From: Acidimicrobiia bacterium
GTDB taxonomy: Bacteria; Actinomycetota; Acidimicrobiia; Spongiisociales; ZC4RG35
Direction of reading: 5' to 3'
Length of the DNA stretch: 33,881 nucleotides
NCBI GenBank assembly: GCA_050997725.1
Contig: JBPCQV010000077.1
Coordinates: forward strand, 1 to 33,881
The translations under genes were made by a program, and so were the position numbers. Below are positions 22,272 through 29,214 of this stretch, piece after piece; positions within the stretch are counted from its first letter, which is position 1; every line of letters begins with the position of its first letter. The notes beneath the pieces were generated by a model that had not been told where the DNA came from, searched no databases, and saw only the letters and a list, made by a program, of their open reading frames with translations.

Positions 22272-24236
22272 TTGGGCAGGAGACCTGTCCGCGACGCGGA
22301 GGTCTTCGCCGTGCTGACCCGACTAGGCAGGCTTCTGCGACAGCGCTGGCTGATCCTGGCAGTAGTCGTAATAGCGGTCACGGCGGGGGGCGTGTTCGCG
22401 ACGGATTACTTCAACGACCAGCTCAAGCAAACGGTCGAGGCCACTGCGATCGTGAGCCTGGACGACGGGCCGACCACTTCGGACTCGGGAAGGCAGGCGA
22501 CCGAGCCTTCGGCCAACCTCACCGAGGCCCAAGACATGGCGCGGGAGGCCAACGAGGGGTTCTTGGATGAGACCCACGTGGTGAAGACCGATCCGGCGAC
22601 CAACAGCCTCGAATTCATTGCCATTGCCCGGACTGCGGAAGAAGCAACATCGGACGCTTCCGACTTACGAAACCGCTACCTGGTGGCGGTTGCGCCTCCG
22701 CCCATCGAGGATCGGATGGAGGCTGTGCTCGCCCAAGCTGACTTCGTGCAACGACAGCTCGAGTTGTTGTCGCCGGAGGCGCCGCCCATCCTCGTCAATG
22801 ATCCGGCGGTTGAAACCCAACGACAGCTGCTCACAAGCCAAATCCAGTCCCTCACGTCCGAGAGGGCTAATTTGGAGGTTGACCTGGTCCTCGCCGCGAC
22901 AGACAGCGAACTGGATGCAGAGGACATCCAGGCCGACATCGATGCGATTGAGGCACAGATCGTGGGCCTGACCGCGGAGCTGAATGCGCTGCCGCCACCC
23001 GTCGATGGGTCCACAGGGACCGGCCGCGGCGACACCGAGACGCCCGCGGAAGAGCCCGGTCGAACGGACCCCGCGGTCCCGATCGATGGGCAGCCGGTCG
23101 AGAACCGATTCCAAATCGACAGCCTCGAGTCGCTGTATGCAGATCTCCAGGCCGAGTTCCAAGCGCTCTATATCCGAAGCGTGAGCGGCGAGCTCGAGAC
23201 GCTCCCCGAGATCGAAGCCCTCGACACGAGCGGCGAGCCCGTGGCGACCTTGCTCGGCGGAGGCATCGGCCTCGCCCTTGGCCTCCTGATCGCCCTCAGC
23301 GCAATCATCCTCTTCGACCGCTTGCTCCCGCGCTGGTGGACCGAGAACGACATGAAGCAGCCGCTGGCCGAGGTCCCCGACCGTCGCAGCGGCGGCTTGG
23401 AGACTTGGTATTGGACGACGGGGCCGAGCCCGCGGAAGGAAGCGGTGCAGAAAGTAGCCGTGAACCTCTTGCCGTTGCTGGAAGCTGGGCCGGCCGCCGT
23501 TGGCCTCGTCGGGGTGGGTGTAAAGCCCCGCGCCATAAGAGGCCTGACAACCGACTTGGCTGGGACCGTCGTGACGTCCGGCCGTTCGAGCCTCGTCGTC
23601 GATACGACCGGGCTCGAGAACCACGCCAAAAAGCCGGACCCCGAAGCCGTCCCCTGGGAGGGGCCGAGCCTCGGAGACTTGCTCAACCCGTGGCAAAACG
23701 GCCGCAACGAGGATCGAGTCGAGCGGGCCGTGGCCGGCGCGCGCAGGCTGTGGCCAGGACTATCCGCCCTGCCATCGGGCGCGGGCTCGCTCTACTCAGT
23801 CGAGGGAGCGATGACGCCCGTCGTTGGCCAACTCGTCGAGACCGCCCGAGGGTCTTACGCGTTGACGGCAGTCTCGGTTGCCGATCGTGGAACCGCTCTG
23901 TCGGACGCTTTTGTTCGCAAGCTCGATTCCGTGGTGATTGTCGGACGAAGCGGGAAGACCAGGCTGCGCAGCGCCGAGAAACTGATGGATCGGCTGGTCG
24001 CCTTGGGCTATCCCGTCTTGGGATCGGTTCTCATCGTTCGACCCACTCGGAGACCGCTTCGTCAGCTCCTGCGATCCCTCTTTGGAAAGAGGCGGCTGTC
24101 GGCCCGACCTGGGGCCACCAGGAGAAGGCAGACGTCCGCGACGCCGGTTTCCTCCAACGGTGCGACTGCGCCTCATGAAGAAGCCGTCGTCGACGTTCGC
24201 GAACCGGTCGAGGAGACTTCTGCCTCAGCCTCGTAG
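22272..24236 (+). CDS. polysaccharide co-polymerase (Wzz/PCP-like) with degenerate BY-kinase-like C-terminal domain
   Basis: TM1 is LRQRWLILAVVVIAVTAGGVF. A long acidic coiled-coil-like periplasmic region follows, then TM2 LLGGGIGLALGLLIALSAIILF. The cytoplasmic domain is collinear with BY-kinases but lacks Walker A. The start (TTG 22272 or GTG 22311) is uncertain. Confidence 0.7.
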   Translation: MGRRPVRDAEVFAVLTRLGRLLRQRWLILAVVVIAVTAGGVFATDYFNDQLKQTVEATAIVSLDDGPTTSDSGRQATEPSANLTEAQDMAREANEGFLDETHVVKTDPATNSLEFIAIARTAEEATSDASDLRNRYLVAVAPPPIEDRMEAVLAQADFVQRQLELLSPEAPPILVNDPAVETQRQLLTSQIQSLTSERANLEVDLVLAATDSELDAEDIQADIDAIEAQIVGLTAELNALPPPVDGSTGTGRGDTETPAEEPGRTDPAVPIDGQPVENRFQIDSLESLYADLQAEFQALYIRSVSGELETLPEIEALDTSGEPVATLLGGGIGLALGLLIALSAIILFDRLLPRWWTENDMKQPLAEVPDRRSGGLETWYWTTGPSPRKEAVQKVAVNLLPLLEAGPAAVGLVGVGVKPRAIRGLTTDLAGTVVTSGRSSLVVDTTGLENHAKKPDPEAVPWEGPSLGDLLNPWQNGRNEDRVERAVAGARRLWPGLSALPSGAGSLYSVEGAMTPVVGQLVETARGSYALTAVSVADRGTALSDAFVRKLDSVVIVGRSGKTRLRSAEKLMDRLVALGYPVLGSVLIVRPTRRPLRQLLRSLFGKRRLSARPGATRRRQTSATPVSSNGATAPHEEAVVDVREPVEETSASAS

Positions 24237-24282
24237 GTTCGGGACCACACAGGTCCTGGACCTGGTGCGAGAACGAATCCCG

Positions 24283-25125
24283 ATGCCGGCTCGCCGGCGA
24301 TTGGCTCGCTGGTGGGTAACCGCTCGCCGGCCAACCAGTTTTCTGCGCGAGCTGCCGGATTTCTTGATCGTCGGGGCGCAACGGTGTGGGACGAGTTCGC
24401 TCTATCGCTACCTCGGTCAGCACCCATCGATCACGCCGTCGATCAGGAAGGAAGTTGAGTTTTTCTCGATTCGGTACTCCGAGGGCGTTGATTGGTACAA
24501 GTCGCACTTCCCGGTCCGAAGCGGTCGTAGCCTCACCTTCGAAGCCACCCCCGACTACCTGCTCCACCCCTTGGCCGCGAAGCGGGCTGCGGAGCTGATT
24601 CCTGACGCCCGGATCATCGTGATGCTGCGCGACCCGGTCGCCCGAGCCTTTTCCCAGTATCTGCACAACCTCCGCCTCGCGCACGAAGAGCTCTCTTTCC
24701 CCGAGGCACTCGAGGCGGAAGGGACGAGGATCGCGGGGGAGCTGGAGAGGTGCCGGGTCGAGCCGGCATTCAAGGCCACCAGCCTCAGACGTCACGGATA
24801 CATCGAGCGGGGCAAGTATGACGTGCATCTGCTTCCCTGGCTGGAGCATTACCCCCGAGAGCGAATTCACGTGGTGCGCTCGGAGGACTTCTTCGTGTCG
24901 CCTGAGCGGGTGTACAACGAGGCGGTGGAGTTCTTGGGCCTCCCCCCATTTCAGCCAAACGAGTTTCGGAACTACAGCTTACGCCGCGCGACCCCGGTCA
25001 CCCTCGATGAGGAGGCGCCCAAGCTCGGACCGGACACGGCCGAGCGTCTAGGTCAACTGTTCGAGCCGCATAGCCGTCGAGTCGAAGAGCTGCTGCAACG
25101 GGACTTCGGCTGGCAGCTGGCGTAG
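24283..25125 (+). CDS. sulfotransferase (Sulfotransfer_1-like, paralogue of 17909-18682)
   Basis: Motifs are LPDFLIVGAQRCGTSSL, KEVEFFS and MLRDPVARAFSQYLH. The start is trimmed to ATG 24283 because the ORF-track start at 24082 overlaps the PCP gene. Confidence 0.8.
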   Translation: MPARRRLARWWVTARRPTSFLRELPDFLIVGAQRCGTSSLYRYLGQHPSITPSIRKEVEFFSIRYSEGVDWYKSHFPVRSGRSLTFEATPDYLLHPLAAKRAAELIPDARIIVMLRDPVARAFSQYLHNLRLAHEELSFPEALEAEGTRIAGELERCRVEPAFKATSLRRHGYIERGKYDVHLLPWLEHYPRERIHVVRSEDFFVSPERVYNEAVEFLGLPPFQPNEFRNYSLRRATPVTLDEEAPKLGPDTAERLGQLFEPHSRRVEELLQRDFGWQLA

Positions 25126-25209
25126 CTTGGTCATGATGAGGCCGTCAAAGGACAGTTCCCTCTTGTCGGACGGAATCCTTCTGTTACGTTGTCGGGCCGG
25201 GAGGTAGGG

Positions 25210-26091
25210 ATGAAAGTTCTTTTGACCGGTGCTTCGGGATTTCTTGGTCGCCATGTCGCGGCGCGGTTGCTGGCCGACGGATTCGAGGTCACCGGCTTTG
25301 ACCAAAACCCCGGCGCCGCCGAGCTCGAAACCGTGATCGGAGATCTCACCGACCCAACGGCCATCGATAAGGCGGTGGCGGGGCGCGACGTTGTCTGCCA
25401 CATCGGTGCGATCGGAGACGTCTACCTCGCTGCCTCCGATCCTGCCCTGGCGGCCTCGGTGAACGTCTTGGGGACCACCAACGTCGCCCAGGCGGCGCGC
25501 AAAGCCGGGGCCCGAGTCGTCTATGCGTCGACCTGGGAGGTCTACGGCGCCCCGCAGTACGAGCCGATGGACGAGGACCACCCCTGCACGCCTGATCACC
25601 CCTACAACATCACCAAGCTCGCCGGCGAGCGCATGCTCCTGGCGGCCGACCATCTCCAGGGGGTGCCGTCGATCGCACTGCGTCTTGGCACTGCATTTGG
25701 ATCGGGGCTTCGTCCCAATTCGGTGTTCCGTATCTTCTTCGATAAGGCCAGAAAGCGCGAGCCGATCACCATCCAGGGCGACGGCTCTCAGTCGCGCCAG
25801 TTCACTCACGCCGACGACATCGCCCGGGCATTCTCGCTTGCCTGCCGGTCCGATCTCCGCGGGCTGGCGCTCAACACCGTGGCCGAAGAGCCGATCTCGG
25901 TCAAGCAGCTGGCGGAGTCCGTGATCGCGCGGTTCCCGACCGATTTGGTGTTCGGACCGGCCCGCCCCGGCGACGTCGCGCCCGCGTTGGTTTCCTCGCG
26001 TCGGATCGAGCAGCTACTCGGCTGGCGGGCCGAAGTGTCCTTCGAGTCCGGCATCGATTCTTTGATCGAGTCACTGCCCGACCCGGTCTGA
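25210..26091 (+). CDS. NAD-dependent sugar epimerase/dehydratase (extended SDR)
   Basis: MKVLLTGASGFLGRHV (GxxGxxG) and the YxxxK catalytic motif in PYNITKLAGE. GGAGGTAGGG RBS precedes ATG 25210. Confidence 0.85.
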   Translation: MKVLLTGASGFLGRHVAARLLADGFEVTGFDQNPGAAELETVIGDLTDPTAIDKAVAGRDVVCHIGAIGDVYLAASDPALAASVNVLGTTNVAQAARKAGARVVYASTWEVYGAPQYEPMDEDHPCTPDHPYNITKLAGERMLLAADHLQGVPSIALRLGTAFGSGLRPNSVFRIFFDKARKREPITIQGDGSQSRQFTHADDIARAFSLACRSDLRGLALNTVAEEPISVKQLAESVIARFPTDLVFGPARPGDVAPALVSSRRIEQLLGWRAEVSFESGIDSLIESLPDPV

Positions 26092-27236
26092 TGGAGCCGA
26101 CGGCGAGCGGCCCGCGCCCCGTCGTCCTGGTCTTCGTCAAGGGCCTGGGAATCGGGGGCGCCGAACGCCTTATCAGCGAGGCAGCCCGTTTCTGGGATCG
26201 CGACCGTTTCGACTATCGAGTCGGCTATCTGCTGCCGTGGAAGGACCAGCTTGTCGGAGATCTGGAACGGGCCGGGGTCCGGGTGACGATGCTTGGCGGG
26301 AAACGTGGCTCCGACCCGTTGTCGGGTCTCCGTCTCCGCCGCTTCATCCGCAACGAGAATGTGGACTTGGTTCACGCCCATCTTCCATCGGCGGGGATCC
26401 TGGCGCGGGTCTTCTCATCGGTCCCGGTGGTCTACACCGAGCACAATCTGGTCGCCTCCTACCGCCGGCTGACAAGAGAGCTGAACCGCCTCACATATTT
26501 CCGTAACCACGCCACGACTGCGGTATCTCCCGAAGTCGGGGAGGCGGTTTCGGGTTACCGAGGCCCGAAGGTGGAAGTGATCGAGAACGGTGTCTCGGTG
26601 GTGGTTGGCGACGACGAGGTCGCTGCCGTCCGTGACGAGTTGAGCATGCAACCGGGACAGCGGCTGGTGATCCACGTCGGCAACATCCGCCCCCACAAGG
26701 GACACGCCAACCTGGTGGCCGCCGCCCGCTGGCTGGCAGATCGAAGGGAGGATGCTTTGGTGGTCTCGGTTGGAGGCGAAAAGTATCCGGGTGACCTCGA
26801 TCGGGTCCGCGAGCTGGCCCGGCAGGCAGGGGTGGAGGGAACGCTGCGCTTTCTCGGCCGTCGCACCGAGGCGAGGGCCTTTCTCGCCGCCGCCGACGTG
26901 GTCGTGAACCCCTCGGACTTCGAAGGCCTCCCGGTTTCCTTGCTCGAAGCAATGGCCCTGGCCCGCCCGACGGTGGCGACGGCGGTCGGAGGAGTGCCGG
27001 GGCTGATCGAGAACGAAGTCTCCGGCTTACTCGTCCCTCCCGGCGATCCGGCTGCCCTGGGCGCCGGCATCGTCAGACTGCTCGACGATCGCCCGCTCGC
27101 CAGCGTCCTTGCCGAATCGGGTCGGCGTCTGGTCGAGGCCCGCTATGGGCTGGCACCCATGGTCCGGTCCTTCGAGGAGCTCTACCTGCGAGTCCTCGCA
27201 AGCCAGATCTCCGATGGCTCGATTTCCAATGGCTGA
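26091..27236 (+). CDS. glycosyltransferase family 4
   Basis: 381 aa. The motif region is VVNPSDFEGLPVSLLEAMALARPTVATAVGGVPGLIENEVSGLLVPPGD. The start overlaps the epimerase stop (TGATG). Confidence 0.85.
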   Translation: MEPTASGPRPVVLVFVKGLGIGGAERLISEAARFWDRDRFDYRVGYLLPWKDQLVGDLERAGVRVTMLGGKRGSDPLSGLRLRRFIRNENVDLVHAHLPSAGILARVFSSVPVVYTEHNLVASYRRLTRELNRLTYFRNHATTAVSPEVGEAVSGYRGPKVEVIENGVSVVVGDDEVAAVRDELSMQPGQRLVIHVGNIRPHKGHANLVAAARWLADRREDALVVSVGGEKYPGDLDRVRELARQAGVEGTLRFLGRRTEARAFLAAADVVVNPSDFEGLPVSLLEAMALARPTVATAVGGVPGLIENEVSGLLVPPGDPAALGAGIVRLLDDRPLASVLAESGRRLVEARYGLAPMVRSFEELYLRVLASQISDGSISNG

Positions 27237-28167
27237 GACCCTCGCGGTCCGGCCCTTTGTCGATGACGACCTGCCCGCCGTGCTCGAGGTCCTGCGTCTC
27301 TCTCTCGGTGAGCCCCCCGGGCTGACACGGACCGAGCAGCTCTTCGCCTGGAAGCATTTCGACAATCCTTTTGGGCGTTCACTGCTCCTCGTGGCCGAGG
27401 AGGGCGGTCGCCTGGCGGGGATTCGAGCGTTCATGCGTTGGGACCTGGCAGGTCCCGATGGGGGCTATCTCCGATGCGTCCGGGCGGTCGATACCGCCAC
27501 TCATCCCGACTTTCAAAGGCGCGGGGTCTTCCGTCAGCTCACCCTGGCCGGGCTTGACCTCGCGGCGTCGTCGGGCATCGACCTCGTTTTCAACACTCCT
27601 AACGAGAAGTCGGGAGCCGGGTATCTGACGATGGGGTGGAACGAGGTGGGGCCAGTCGGAGTGATGGTCCGGCCCGGCGCGGGGCTCCTCCGCCCAAACG
27701 GTGGCCCCTGGGAACCCCGAGGGTCGGCGCCTACCTCGGAATCGCTCGCGGCTGCCGGCGAGTGGCTCCATCGACCTCCGCACGGATGGCGCACCCCGCG
27801 GACGCCGGAATACCTGCGCTGGCGTTTCGCCTCCCATCCCACGGCCCGCTACCTGATCAGCGGGGTAGGCAACGGGGTCGCGATCGGTCGAGCCAACCGC
27901 CGCCAGGGTCGCCGGGAGTTGGTCCTCTCCGAGCTCGGGGGCTCGCCCGCCGCCATTCGCTCGCTTCGCAGGGTGGCTAGCCCCGATTACACCGTCGGCT
28001 GGTTTTCGGCCGGAACTCCTGAACGGAGCGCGGCTTTTCGCGGAGGATTGCTGCCGGTGCCTCGAAAGGTCGCCTTGACGGTGATGGCCCGTCCGCTCCG
28101 CCAACTCGACGTCGATCTCGGCTGGCAGAACTGGGACCTGAGTCTGGCCGACATCGAGCTGCTCTAG
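27229..28167 (+). CDS. GNAT family N-acetyltransferase with C-terminal extension
   Basis: The acetyl-CoA binding segment is VDTATHPDFQRRGVFRQLTLAGLDLA, and NTPNEKSGAGYLTMGW follows. ATG 27229 overlaps the GT4 stop. About 150 aa of C-terminal sequence have unknown function. Confidence 0.75.
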   Translation: MAETLAVRPFVDDDLPAVLEVLRLSLGEPPGLTRTEQLFAWKHFDNPFGRSLLLVAEEGGRLAGIRAFMRWDLAGPDGGYLRCVRAVDTATHPDFQRRGVFRQLTLAGLDLAASSGIDLVFNTPNEKSGAGYLTMGWNEVGPVGVMVRPGAGLLRPNGGPWEPRGSAPTSESLAAAGEWLHRPPHGWRTPRTPEYLRWRFASHPTARYLISGVGNGVAIGRANRRQGRRELVLSELGGSPAAIRSLRRVASPDYTVGWFSAGTPERSAAFRGGLLPVPRKVALTVMARPLRQLDVDLGWQNWDLSLADIELL

Positions 28168-29151
28168 CTACTGATTCGTCCAATGGCCGGGCCGGGTCGC
28201 GCCCAGCAATTTCACCAGCAGCACGACCACGCCACCGCCGAGCACAAGCAGCGCGACGGGAGCCAGGGGTTGGGGCAGGATGCGGTCGGCGATCAGAACT
28301 GCGGCGACGAAGGCAAGCTCGAGGGCGCCGCTGGCGAGGGCGATAGTGGGGATCGGAGTACCGCGGTCGGCCAGCCGATCGTAGAGATGGAGGCGATCGC
28401 GCGAAAACAGGGGTTGGCGGCCGAGCATCCTTCGCAACAACGTCGCCGCCATGTCGATGAGGAAGACACCTAGCAAAGCTGCGGCCACCACGAGCCCTCC
28501 GGAGTCGGCGCTCACCCCGCCGAATCCATAGACCAGGAAAAGCGCAAGGACGTAGGCGCCGTTGTCACCAAGAAAAAGCCGGGCGGGGTGCCAGTTCCAG
28601 ACGAGGAATCCCATCAGGGCCGCCGCTACCAGCAAGGCGAAGGCCGGATCGGCCCCACGCACGACGGCGAGCGCGGCGATCCCGATCGCGACCGCCAGCC
28701 CCGAGAGACCGGCGAGACCGTCGAGACCGTCGAGCAAGTTGACCGTGTTGACCGCCACCACGACCAGCCCCGCCACCAACAGCGCCTCGCCCCATCCATT
28801 TCCGCGGGCGAAGCCGAGAATCAGGCCGGCGGCAGCTTCGACTCCGAGGCGAGCCGCGGGTGGAACCGAGCGGCGATCATCGACGAGACCCACGCCGAGC
28901 AGCATCGACGATCCCACGAGGAGGGCGGGCTCGGCGATACCGGCGACAAAGGCAGCGAGATTCACCCCGAGCCAGACCCCGATCCCACCGAGAGGCACCG
29001 CGGCGATGCGATGCGCTTTCAGCGCTTCGTCGTCGGGCTCGTCGACCCAGCCCAGCGCCGGTCCCAACCGGATCATGAGCGCGCCCAAAAGCGCAGCCGT
29101 CACCCCCGCGACTCCGATGCCGATCAGATCCCAAGCGTCGAGGCCAATCAC
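28168..29151 (-). CDS. polyprenyl-phosphate N-acetylhexosamine-1-phosphate transferase (WecA/TagO/MraY superfamily)
   Basis: 327 aa and polytopic. Motifs are VNTVNLLDGLDGLAG, FLGDNGAYVLALFL and AHRIAAVPLGGIGVWLG. GTG start at 29151. Confidence 0.85.
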   Translation of the reverse strand: MIGLDAWDLIGIGVAGVTAALLGALMIRLGPALGWVDEPDDEALKAHRIAAVPLGGIGVWLGVNLAAFVAGIAEPALLVGSSMLLGVGLVDDRRSVPPAARLGVEAAAGLILGFARGNGWGEALLVAGLVVVAVNTVNLLDGLDGLAGLSGLAVAIGIAALAVVRGADPAFALLVAAALMGFLVWNWHPARLFLGDNGAYVLALFLVYGFGGVSADSGGLVVAAALLGVFLIDMAATLLRRMLGRQPLFSRDRLHLYDRLADRGTPIPTIALASGALELAFVAAVLIADRILPQPLAPVALLVLGGGVVVLLVKLLGATRPGHWTNQ

Positions 29152-29214
29152 AAAGGCGCGAAATCCGGGTGTCGCTATATTGGCCGCGGGCGTGGACTGA
29201 GAGGGAGCGTGCGC

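Noticed and set aside
22665-23696. A 343-aa antisense ORF inside the PCP-like gene. Similar long antisense ORFs occur at 24031-24870, 25048-25809, 27379-28104, 29569-30582 and 8712-9422.
   Set aside because: They are high-GC shadow ORFs. The opposite-strand frames carry clear family motifs and operon-consistent starts and stops, while these frames have biased composition and no motifs.
28168-29151. MraY (peptidoglycan lipid I synthase)
   Set aside because: It belongs to the same superfamily, but it is shorter than MraY. It is embedded in a glycan, sulfation and export locus rather than a dcw/mur cluster, so a WecA/TagO-type initiating transferase is more likely.
28588-29214. N-terminal 209-aa extension of ORF 28588-30963
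   Set aside because: It is antisense to the well-supported polyprenyl-phosphate transferase gene and has Arg/His/Asp-rich composition. A signal-peptide-bearing start with a GAGGGAG RBS exists at 29215.
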